Below are positions 39,866-61,700 of a stretch of 64,000 bases of DNA, in pieces. A program made the translations under genes and the position numbers. Below the pieces are notes generated by a model. The model was not told the DNA's origin and made no database searches. It saw only the letters and a list, made by a program, of their open reading frames with translations. Source of the DNA: Heteronotia binoei (Eukaryota); NCBI RefSeq assembly GCF_032191835.1, contig NC_083239.1:56358001-56422000 (forward strand). Direction: 5' to 3'. Numbering within the stretch: the first letter of the stretch is position 1; every line of letters starts with the position of its first letter.

Positions 39866-40338
39866 GATCTCTCTCTCTCTCTCTCTCTCTGAACTGTTAA
39901 CTTCAGTTTCAATGTGCCTGCCAGAGCCCTGCTGCGCGCACACGAAAGCTCGCCCCTGCAATAGAACTCAGTTCTGCTTCATCCGGGCAAGTCCCCACTC
40001 CGCGCAGCCGCAGAAAAGGCGCGCAGGCAGCGCGGCAGAAGCGAAGGGGAGGCTGCGCGCGCATCACGGGGGGGGGCGGGCACTGCGTGTGGGCGGTCCT
40101 CCGCGGCTGCTGGCGAACTTATTGGCTCTCCCTTTCCGGGAGCGAGGCCTCGGATTGGCTGTCCTGGAGGCGGGCGCAGGAGCGGCCGGAAGTAGCTGCC
40201 CGGCTTGGAAGGTCGGACCGTGGTGGGGACAGCGCGCCGGCTTCATTTCTGTTTCCGGCATCGGTGACCTTTGACCTCCCTGTCTCCAGAGGGCCTTTGA
40301 GGGGCGCCCTTTGCCCCCCGCGGTCTCCCCAGGCTGGG

Positions 40339-51106
<10,768 letters not shown>

Positions 51107-52117
51107 CGCAAAGGAGCGGCACGGGCCAGGAGCCTCTGCGGGTGGAGTCCCTCCTTTCTGACACTCGGCTGGGCAGCCTGCATGAGGACCCCCGGAATTT
51201 CTTGGGCAGAATCGGCTTAGCAGCTGCCTCCTCCCCAGTGCTGCTCTGAAGGAACGGACATTGCATTGGTGCCTTGAGTTTTGCCGTCTCTGCTCCTCCC
51301 TGGCAGTGCTGGCCCCTGCCACCTGCGCTTCTGGGCATCCAAGCTTCAAAGGGCCAGTCTCCCCCCCTCCCCAGTCTTCTTGCCACTTGGGGGAACCGTG
51401 CAGCAATGCAGAAGGGACTATGGAAGGCCCTCTCTGAGCCCCTTGTGGGCTGGGCCTCTGGCGTGTCTCCTGCCTCTCACTGCCAGGCAATGGGTGCTGC
51501 CAGAGGGGCAATGTGGCTGCAGTGTTGGACTAGACCAGCCTCCCCTGCCCTGGCTGCCATCTGCCCGCTTCAGCACTTGGCCTGTCTGTATGCCGTGCTG
51601 GTAGGAAAGGACAGTGTTGGCAGCAGATGGGCAGAGGCAGAGGGCAAAGGACAGAGGTGGGCTTTGGGGAGGGCTAGCAGTGAAGTGAAGAACAGCAGCC
51701 AAAGCCTGCCTGGGCTAGTTGGGGGCTGTGGGGGGTCTTGCCTGTCCACATCCACCCCGTCCTTCACTTGGAAGGCAGAGAGCCTTGCTTGGGAGCTTCT
51801 GTCCCCTCTCCCCTCCTCTCTCCTCCTCCCCTGTTTTTAAACCTGGTTGGGGGGAGAACCAGAACGAAGCCCTGGGGCTGAGACCTCAGTCTGCCCTTTT
51901 CCAGCCCCTGCAGAGAGAGAGGGCTGCCTGTTCCGGCAGACTTGGCGGTGTCCCCCGTTCTGCTGCAGTTGTTCTCTAAATGGGGTGGGGCTGATAGTGG
52001 GAGAAGAGGGGAAGGAGTCAGTGGCAGTTTGAAATGTTTACAGGAGGGGGGTGTTTTATTCACTGGATTTGTGGCCCCGTTTTATCCTAGATGTGGAAGA
52101 GTGTCTGAATCAGCCAT

Positions 52118-52123
52118 ATTAAA
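52118..52123 (+). terminator. Probable COQ8B polyadenylation signal ATTAAA
   Basis: ATTAAA about 1 kb after the stop, followed by U/GU-rich TTTTAGTGTGATTGTGTATTTG. An AATAAA at 53198 is an alternative. Confidence 0.5.
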
Positions 52124-53252
52124 GTTCCGCCAACCTCTGTGGAAGTGTCTCTCTTTCTGTCCAGGATTTTTAGTGTGATTGTGTATTTGCTTGAGTTGTG
52201 CTGAGATTGCCATCGGCCCTCTTGCATCCAAAATGAAAACAAAATACTTTAATAATTCAACCCCTGAGACGGGTCCAGAAACCAGGAAAAGAAAACTGAG
52301 TGTCAGGAATGGCTAAGGTAAACTCAAAAGGAATGGAACAGATTTAAAAACACTCGGTCCTTTGGCAGAAAGTCTGCCTTTTCCTTTTTTCTGCCGGCTG
52401 TGAGCAATAAGTGTCTTTCATTCCTTGGCACCAGCAAGAAAGCATTAGAATGTTCAGCCCTTGAGAAAAAGCTCTAGAATGCCCCTTTTCTGGCAAAGGT
52501 CCCCCAAGAGCGAGTGCCCCCAGCGGGATCCCAAGCCAGGGAAAACCCCACCTCTTGCCGTAGCCCACAATCCACTTCTCCTTGGCTTCACCTCAGACTT
52601 CACCCAGGTCTTTGCTGCCTGCTGGTCTTCCCCGGGCCACCCTGAGAGCCAAGGAAGAAGCTGTTGGTGGTCCCTAAGACCCACCCCCCTGGGTAAGCTG
52701 GAGCCCCCCTTCCCTTCTGAGGGGGCCTTGGCTGCCTGCTTGGTGGCCCCTAGAGCTTGCCATTCTGTGGTAGTGTGCCAGTGCGAGCCGGCAGGTCACA
52801 GATTTCTTATTTTATCTAGAGAATGGCTACGCTGCCGTCTCCAGAGCGCCTCACAATGTGGCAGCAAAGCCATAAAAACAAGCGTCCGGATTATGCACAC
52901 ACAAAAAGCAGCGAGCTCTCAAAAAGCTGCCTAACCTGTTTCCCTAAAGCTGCAAGAGTCCATGAAAGGAGTCCGTGGAGGGGCCCGCACTTCCTGCCCT
53001 GGGTGGGGAGGAGGCTGTTCCCAAGGGGAGATGTCCCCTCCGCTGCCACCCACCCACACACGGCTCCCACCTTTCGAAAAATTTATTTCAGGGGAGGGGG
53101 GAGAAAGAAGTGGAAGAAACTAAAAAAACAACTCTTTTTAACAGTGGGGGGGGGGGTATATAGAAACAAATACAACAACAGTGGTGGCATATCTGCCAAT
53201 AAATTCCTCTAAAAGATTTCCTAAAAATTAAGTCGCTGTGAAGTTTTTTTTA

Positions 53253-54235
53253 ATAGAATCCGAGAGCTGGAAGGGACCTCCAGGGTCATCTAGTTCAACT
53301 CCCTGCACAATGCTGGAAACTTACAAACGCCTCCCCCTAAATTCACAGGATCCTCATTGCTGTCAGATGGCCATCTAGCCTCTGTTTACATATGAACATG
53401 AACATATGAAGCTGCCTTCTATTGAATCAGACACCCCCCCCCCCCGGTCCATCAAAGTCAGTCTTGTCTACTCAGACTGGCAGCGGCTCTCCGGGGTCTC
53501 CAGCTGAGGTTTTTCACGCCTATTTGCCTGGACCCTTTTTAGTTGGAGATGCCAGGGATTGAACCTGGGACCTTCTGCTTACCATGCAGATGCTCTACTG
53601 CCGAGCCACCATCCCTCCCCTGAAAACCCCCAAGGAAGGAGAGCCCACCACCTCCCAAGGAGGAAGCCTGTTCCACTGAGGAACCACTCTACCGGTCAGA
53701 ATGTTTGAGGTGGAAACTGTTTTGCTTTAATTTCAACCCATTGGTTCTGGTCTGACCTTCTGGGGCCACAGAAAACAATTCCACACCATCCTCTCTAAGA
53801 CAGCTCTTCAAGTCCTTGAAGATGGTGATCATATCACCTCTCAGCCACCTCCTCTCCAGGCTAAACGTGCCCAGCTCCTTTAGCCTTTTCTCACAGGACT
53901 TGGTCACCAAGAAGCCTGGGAACAGACAACTGTCTCTCGCAGTGTGAGAAAGGATTTATTGTTTTATGTTACCAATGTATAAGAATGTACCGATGGCCTT
54001 GGAAGCCATCAGAGTCAACTTGCTTCTTCCATGGACAAGAGTTCTCAAATAAACGGATTAACTTTTGAAACAAAGTGATGCGTTTCTTTTGAAGTTCCCA
54101 GTTCTGACATTTCGTCACCCTCCTCTGGACCTGTTCCAGCTTGTCTATATCCTTAAATTGTGGTGCCCAAAACTGAACACAATACTCCAGGTGAGGTCTT
54201 ACCAGAGCAGAGTAACGTGATACCTTCTGGGGCCT
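53253..54235 (-). mobile_element. CR1 fragments with a nested tRNA-derived SINE at about 53390-53620
   Basis: Translates [20 protein letters not shown] and KRLKELGTFSLERRWLRGDMITIFK; the 3' UTR is split by the SINE. Confidence 0.85.
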
Positions 54236-55914
54236 ACCTTCTGTGCTTTCCGCTAGTGATGAAGACACAAGGTCCTCAATCCACTGACTGACAGGAGGTG
54301 AGCATTTCCAGTGTTATAATTCAAGCCTTTAGCTGTAGCAAGGGCATTGTGGTTGACTGCCAGGCTTCAAGAGACAGGAAGACCGTTTAAAAGTACATAC
54401 GCATCCCCCCAAGTCAATGAACCTTTCTCATACAGAATCCTCCCAGAAAAACTGAATGAGTGGATGCGCCCAAAGCATATGCTTAAGGAATAGGTCGTGT
54501 GAGTTAGAACACCGACAATTAAACTCTGGACTCGGTGCTTTCCTGAAGTGCTGCTATGTGCCCGCTATAGAAACATTTATTTTATTTTTTGCTGAGTATG
54601 TCACAACTTGAGATCCAGAGAGAGTGCAGGCGAAATGTCTCGCTGCTTTGGCCAAACCGGTCAACCGAGCTCCTCATTCCCTTCATTCCTGAGACTCTGC
54701 ATATCGCATTTATTAATTGACATTAAATATTTATAAACAAATATTGTAGGTTTTGTTTTCCGCATCAAGGCCATTAGGGTTTCTGGGAGGAATGGGAGCT
54801 CTAAGACCCTGGAGGCTGCAACGGATGTTCCGTTCAGCAGGTTGACAAGGCAAATCCAGACCTCAGCTGAGAAAATGGCAAAAACTCATCCATTCCAACC
54901 TTCACCCCTGGCCTGCTCTGAGGCAGTTGCGCAAATGAGGACTTCCTTGTTTTCCGGGGCCCTCCCTGCTTCTGCCATGGGGCTGAAAATCTGCTGTCCC
55001 CCCCACCCCCTCCCAGCCAGTTGTGCAGACCAAGCATCCCTTCACTGCTCTCCTGCTGGTTCTCACCGGTTCATTCACAAGGAGGGGGGGACAGGAGGGC
55101 TTCGAGAGCAGGTATCCAGAGCTGTGAGTTCAGCTGCTGTGAGTCCCCCGAGACTGGCGGTCCTGTCCTCGATCTCCTGCTCTCAAGGCTTGTGGGCCGC
55201 TTCAAGGCACTTTGTCGGCCCAAGCATTATAGGGTTGCCAGCTCCAGGCTGGGAAACACCTAGAGAGTTGGAGGGTGGAGCCTGAGGGCGTGGTTTAGGG
55301 TGGGGAGGGACGTCAGGGTGAGTAGAATGCCGTAAGTGTCCACTTCCAAAGCAACCTCCAGATGATCACATCTCCTGCCTGGAGATCAACTGTAATAGTG
55401 GGAGATCTCCAGCCACCACCTGGAGGCTGGCAACCCCATACGGCTATCCCCTGCTGGGCCTACAGCGCCGCCACCAGCCAGCCCAAGGTTAATACAGGCC
55501 CATCACGGCTGTGCTACTGAAGGCCCCTGATCCAGCCTCCTGCATCACAGTGTCCCAAGCAGTCATGGCAGGGTGGGGGAGTGGCCGAAAAGCTGCCCTT
55601 GCAACGCTGCTTCAGGCGGATCTTGCTCGAATAGTCAGTGGCCCTGGGCAGACTTTCCCCCTCCAAGGAAAGGAGGGGTGGGTGGGTGGGTTTAATGTGG
55701 TTATGAATAAGACATGAATGCATCTCCAGGACTTCTGCCGGAGTTAATGGCAGACACGTGCCGATCGATACAGGCGGGGCTCCATTCCGAAGGCGCTCCT
55801 CCACTTCTCTCAAATGCGCCAGGCCTGAAGGGAGCCAACGGGCCCTTGTTAGCCTTGTCCATTCCTGCCTCAGACCAAAGTTCTGTTGGCTGCTGCATCA
55901 GTGGGGGGAAAGGC

Positions 55915-57822
55915 AAGGTCCACGTTATGGATTATTAGGTAAGAGACAAATGACTGGTTCTGTGATGCTCCTGTGTGGATCTAAGGTGCACAGCTCTGGT
56001 CACCATATCTCCAAAAGGACTTTGCAGCGCTGGAAAAGGTCCGGAGGAGGGCAAACAAGATGGCGAGGGGTTTGGAGCACCTCCCTCCCTTAGGAGGAAA
56101 GGCTGAAGAATCTGGGACTTTTCAGTTTGGAAAAGGGACACCTAAGGGAGGGGCACGAGAGGAGAGGTTTAGAAAATTCTGCATAAGGAGGAGGGAGCCG
56201 ACCAAGAGAACTTTTTCTCCCTCTCCCCAAAGGCCAGAACCTGAGGGCATCCAATGAATCTGATGAGCAGTAGATTTCAGGATGGACAGAAGCAAGTACT
56301 GCTTTACACAGGGAGTGATTAAAATGTGGGATTCACTGCCCTTGCCTGCCTCTGCGTAGCAACCCTGGACTTCCTTGGTGGTTTCCCATCCAAATAGTAA
56401 CCAGAGCTGACCCTGCTTGCCTTCTGAGATCTGGTGAGATCAGGCTACTCTTGGCCACAGGAATAAACAACTTGAAAAGGGGATTAGATTCATAGAGGAG
56501 AAGTCTATCAATGGCTCCTAGCCATGGGGACTGAGGGGAACCGCAACATTCAGAGGCACTAAGCTTCTGAATCCCAGAACAGCCAGGAGGCAACATCAGG
56601 GGAAGACTTTGGCTGCTATGCCCTGCTACTGGCCATCAAGAGGAACCGGTTGCCCACTGTGTGAAAAAATGAGGCTGGACTGGATGGACCTTCACTGGTC
56701 TGACCCAGCAGGGCTCTTCTGATGCTCTTCCCAGGGGAAGTCCTCGGCCTCTCTGCCCTGTTGTTGGCCCTCCAGAGGAACTGGTTGGCCTCTGTGTGAA
56801 AAATGAGGCTGGACTGGATGGACCTTCACTGGTCTGACCCAGCAGGGCTCTTCTGATGTTCCTCTCAGGGGAAGGCCTCGGCCTCTCTGCGCTGTTGTTG
56901 GCCCTCCAGAGGAACTGGCTGGTCCCTGTGTGAGAAAAAAGGCTGGACTAGATGGACCCTCCCTGGCCTGATCCAGCAGGACTCTTCACATCTCCTTCTC
57001 AGGGGAAGGCCTTGGCCTCTCTGCCCTGTTAACATAAGAGAAGTCGTGATGAATGAGGCCATCCAGTCCAACACTCTGTGTCACACAGTGGCCATAAAAA
57101 ACAAGTGCCATCAGGAGAGGTCCACCAGTGGAGCTAGAAGTCCTCCCACTGTGCCCCCCGCAAGCACCCAAATACAGAGCCCCCCTGCCCCAGACAGAGA
57201 GTCCCAACGATACGCTGTGGCTAAGAGCCACTGATGGACCTCTGCTCCATATCCTTATCTCATCCCCTCTTGAAGCTGTCTATGCTTGTAGCTATCTGTT
57301 GTTGGCCTCAGCCTCTGTGCCCTGTTGTGGGCTGTCCAGAGGAACTGGCTGGCCACTGTGTGAGGCAGGAGGCTGGCTAGATGGACCCTCAGTGGTCTGA
57401 CCCAGCAGGGCTCTTCTGATGATCTTCTCAGGGGAAGGCCTCGGCCTCTCTGCCCTGTTGTTGGCCCTCCAGAGGAACTGGCTGGCCCCTGTGTGAGACA
57501 GGAGGCTGGACTAGATGGACCCTCCCTGGTCTGATCCAGCAGGGCTCTTATGATGTTCTTCTCAGGGGAAGGCGTCGGCCTCTCTGCCCTGTTGTTGGCC
57601 CTCCAGAGGAACTGGCTGGCCACTGTGTGAGGCAGGAGGCTGGACTAGGTGGACCCTCCCTGGTCTGATCCAGCAGGGCTCTTCTGATGTTCTCCTCAGG
57701 GGAAGGCCTCAAACTCCCTGCCCTGTTGTGGGCTGTCCTGAGGAATTGGTTGACCTGTGTGGCAGAGGATGCAGGACTGGAAGGACCACAGTTCTAACCC
57801 AGCAGGGGTCTTCTGATGTTTG
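55915..57822 (+). mobile_element. Decayed CR1 whose 3' end is reiterated as a 134-bp tandem array (7 units, 56597-57822), with an inverted CR1 fragment at 57031-57295
   Basis: CAGGGGAAG starts at 56597, 56732, 56866, 57000, 57429, 57563 and 57697; the insert is flanked by CTGTT on both sides. Confidence 0.9.
56337..56456 (-). mobile_element. 5S rRNA-derived SINE fragment (5S-Sauria-like)
   Basis: Reverse complement GATCTCACCAGATCTCAGAAGGCAAGCAGGGTCAGCTCTGGTTACTATTTGGATGGGAAACC aligns by eye with 5S rRNA and continues into Sauria-like GCAGAGGCAGGCAAGGGCA. Confidence 0.75.
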
Positions 57823-58315
57823 TATCAAGCACTCGCACACAGGGCTCCCTCCCCCTCCCCACTCTGGAACAAATAGCTTGTGCTGGGGTCCTTTGCCACA
57901 AGACACTCGGACATCTTCTGCTTTGCTCACCCTGGTTGCGGCAAAGCAGCCCAGCTGGTGAGTGGCTTCCCCCGAGGGGAGATCTGGGGAGACTGAGCCC
58001 CATCCAGGGGCTGCACAGAGTGGCCCATGCTGTGCCCCGTCCCTGCCCATAAGTGGGGGCTGGTTTCCAATCCAAACTGAGTTTCCAGAGGCACAGCTTT
58101 CAATCAGCACCATTTGAAAATAGCTCAGGGTTTCACTGCCATGTAGTTTCCCCAGAACCAGAAGTTCCTTCTGCCTGTTGCAGGCTCCTTCTCAGAGCTG
58201 ATGTGTGCAGTCTCCCCCGCCCCCCCACTCCATTGTGCCCCCACAACTGCCCTGTGATGAGACCAAATGACAGGAGCCCCCCCCACTGGCCTTGGGGCAG
58301 AAGAGGGACTGGAGA

Positions 58316-59270
58316 ATCATAGAACCACAGGATCATCAAGGTGGAAGGGGACACAGAGGCCATCTAGTCCAGCCCCCCGCTCAATGCAGGATCAGCCTAG
58401 AACAGGACTGGCCGAACTTGCTTCAAGTAAGAGCCACATAGAATAAACATCAGATGTATGAGAGCTGNNNNNNNNNNNNNNNNNNNNNNNNNNNNNNNNN
58501 NNNNNNNNNNNNNNNNNNNNNNNNNNNNNNNNNNNNNNNNNNNNNNNNNNNNNNNNNNNNNNNNNNNNNNNNNNNNNNNNNNNNNNNNNNNNNNNNNNNN
58601 NNNNNNNNNNNNNNNNNNNNNNNNNNNNNNNNNNNNNNNNNNNNNNNNNNNNNNNNNNNNNNNNNNNNNNNNNNNNNNNNNNNNNNNNNNNNNNNNNNNN
58701 NNNNNNNNNNNNNNNNNNNNNNNNNNNNNNNNNNNNNNNNNNNNNNNNNNNNNNNNNNNNNNNNNNNNNNNNNNNNNNNNNNNNNNNNNNNNNNNNNNNN
58801 NNNNNNNNNNNNNNNNNNNNNNNNNNNNNNNNNNNNNTTTGACTTGAAGAAGTGATTTAAAGAGATGCTTTTTCCAAGCCAACCAATGGAGTGGTGGGGG
58901 CTTTGGGAGCCACACAATATGTGTGAAAGAGCCACGTGACTCCGGAGCCACGGTTTGGCCCCCCGTGCCCTAGAGCATCCATGACCAGTGTTTGTCCAGC
59001 CACTGCTTAAAAGCCGCCAGGGTGGGGGAGCTCCCCACTTCCCCAGGTAGCCGCTTCCACTGCTGAACTACTCTTAGTGGAAGGAAGTGTTCCCTGATAT
59101 CCCACCCTTAATTTAGACCTGTGATTGCGAGTCCTGTCCTCCACTGCCAAGTGGAACAGCTCCCTGCCCTCCTCCTCGAAGGGGCAGCCCTTCAAGGACT
59201 TCCAGAGAGCCATCCTGTCCCCCCCCACCTCCTCTTCTCCAGACTGAACCTTGCCCAGGCCTCAGCCTCT
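58316..59270 (-). mobile_element. CR1 fragment of the same subfamily, interrupted by the same hAT MITE at 58403-58967 (partly in the N gap)
   Basis: Translates MALWKSLKGCPFEEEGRELF. MITE TIRs CAGGACTGGCCGAAC / GTTTGGCCCCCCGTG with flanks GCCTAGAA / CCCTAGAG. Confidence 0.85.
58468..58837. other. Assembly gap (370 N)
   Basis: N run. Confidence 1.
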
Positions 59271-60225
59271 CCTCCTCGCAGAGCTGCTTGGTCCCCAGAA
59301 GCCCCCCCCCCCACCCGCTCTCCCCATTCCAAAGTGAGGGGAAGTGGAAGGCAGCAGAGAAAGAGGAAGACCGGACAGGAGATGGACGGACTCTGTCCAG
59401 GAAGCCCCAAGGGCCCTCTGTCTGCAGGACCCAAGCAAGGTTGTGAATGAGAGGGTGCTTTGGTCACCAACCAGAAGTGGGAAGCAACTGAACACACACA
59501 AACATTCCTAGTTCGTAGTGTGACACTCAAACTGCTACCCCACACCAGCTCTCAATAGTCCTATGAAATTAAACCCCATGTGCACTTTGGTGATTTGGGG
59601 ACCAGCCTCCCTTCCCTTCCCCACTGGCCTCCTTCCTGCCTTGGTTGCAGGAGCAACCCACAAACAAACAGCATCGCTCCTTTCCCCTGAAGGAAAAAGG
59701 AGGCTGACAAAGAGAGAGGCTGACTTTTGTTAAAGGAGGCTGACAAAGAGAGAGGCTGACTTTTGTTATGTCCTGCAGAGCAATGTGTGTGGGGGGGGGA
59801 GGGATAATAAGCAGGGTCTCAGAGGTTCTGGGGCCCCCACTTGGCTTTGCCGCTTTACCCAGGAGTCCAGCTCCCCCCTGCCCTCCCCCCTCGCCTCTTC
59901 CACCATCTGCCCTGGGACAGGCTGGCCTGGAAGAAGCAGCTGAGCCCCGTTCCCCAGCCAAGTGCCGCCTGCTGTAGTGTGGTTGGCACAAGCACGCGGG
60001 AACAGGCTTCGATCGATGGGAATCACTTTTAGGCCAAAAACCGTTAATGCAAGAGAATCAATACAGCAGCCAGCACTCCGTGAGCCCGGCTCTCTTCAGA
60101 TTGCTGGAGTGGAGAGGATGGTGAGCAGTGGAATCTGCTGGAAGGGCAGGTCTGCTTGAGACCCCCCACCCCCATCACCTAGGTAGGATTGGAAGAACCC
60201 TCTTCTGTCCAGGGAATCACAGCCG

Positions 60226-61700
60226 TGAACACAAGAGAAGCCATTTTGGATCAGGCCAATGGCCCCTCCAGTCCAACACTCTGGGTCACAGAAAAACATA
60301 AGAGAAGTCATGTTGGATCAGGCCGATGGCCCATCCAGTCCAACACTGTATCACAGAAGAACATAACAGAAGCCATGTTGGATCAGGCCAGTGGCCCACC
60401 CAGTCCAACACTCTGTGTCACATAAGAACACAAGAGAAGCCATGTTGGATCAGGCCAATGGCCCACCCAGTCCAACACTCTGTGTCACATAAGAACACAA
60501 GAGAAGCCCTGTTGGATCAGGCCAATGGCCCATCCAGTCCAACACTCTGTGTCACATAAGAACACAAGAGAAGCCCTGTTGGATCAGGCCAATGGCCCAT
60601 CCAGTCCAACACTCTGTGTCACAAAACAACATAAGAGAAGCCCTGTTGGTTCAGGCCAGTGGCCCATCCAGTCCAACACTCTGTGTCACATAAGAACATA
60701 AGAGAAGCCCTGTTGGATCAGGCCAATGGCCCACCCAGTCCAACACTCTGTGTCACATAAGAACATCAGAGAAGCCCCGTTGGATCAGGCCAATGGCCCA
60801 CCCAGTCCAACACTCTGTGTCACATAAGAACATCAGAGAAGCCCTGTTGGATCAGGCCAATGGCCCATCCAGTCCAACACTCTGTGTCACAGAAGAACAT
60901 AAGAGAAGCCATGTTGGATCAGGCCAGTGGCCCCTCCAGTCCAACACTCTGTGTCATGTAAGAACGTAGGAGAAGCCATGTTGGATCAGGCCAATGGCCC
61001 ATCCAGTCCAACACTCTGTGTCACACAGTGGCCAAAATCAAGGTGCCATCAGGAGGTTCACCAGTGGGGCCAGAACTCCAGAAGTCCTCCCACTGTTGCC
61101 CCCCCACAAGCAACAAGAAAACAGAGCATCACTGCCCCAGACAGAGTGTTCCATCTACGCCTTGTGTTTCATAGCCACTGATGGACCTCTGCCCCATACG
61201 TTTATCCATTCCCCTCTTGAAGCTGTCTATGCTGTGGCAGTGAATTCCACGTTACTGACTCTTTGGGTGAAGAAGGACTTCCTTTCATCTGTTCTAAACC
61301 TACTGCTCAGTTTCATTTGAATGCCCATGAGCTCTCGTATTGTGAGAAAGGGAGAAAAGTACTTCTTCCTCTACCTTCTCTATCCCCTGCATAATCTTGT
61401 AAACATCTATCATGTCCCCCCGCAGTCATCGTTTCTCTAAGCTAAAGAGCCCCAAGCGTTTCAACCTTTCTTCAGAGGGAAGGTATTCCAGTCCCTTAAT
61501 CATTTTAGTTGATGATTGGGTGGGGGGGGGCATTATGATCCTGGCTGATTTGTTTTCAATCCCCTTCCTAATAATTCCCAGCATAGTGTTTGCCTTTTTT
61601 ATTGCAGTCACACACTGAGTCAACATCTCCAGTGAATTCTCTACCACAAGACCTCTCTCCTGGTCAGTTGCCACTAGTTTAGGCCCCATCAACGTGTATT
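60226..61700 (-). mobile_element. CR1 insertion whose terminal 67 nt are tandemly repeated 12 times (60226-61024)
   Basis: GGATCAGGCC core at 60248, 60315, 60380, 60447 ... 60983 (67-bp steps, one of 65). Body continues KKANTMLGIIRKGIENK...EERLKRLGLFSLEKR. Confidence 0.95.

Noticed and set aside
56337-56456. Possible 5S rRNA gene
   Set aside because: Many substitutions relative to the highly conserved vertebrate 5S, incomplete ends, no oligo-T terminator, and fused to a SINE body.
60226-61024. CRISPR-like regular repeat array
   Set aside because: There are no unique spacers; whole 67-bp units repeat and match a CR1 3' end; vertebrate DNA with no cas genes.
56597-61024. The 134-bp period is exactly twice the 67-bp period
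   Set aside because: The 134-bp unit has no internal dimer structure and comes from a different CR1 subfamily; treated as coincidence.
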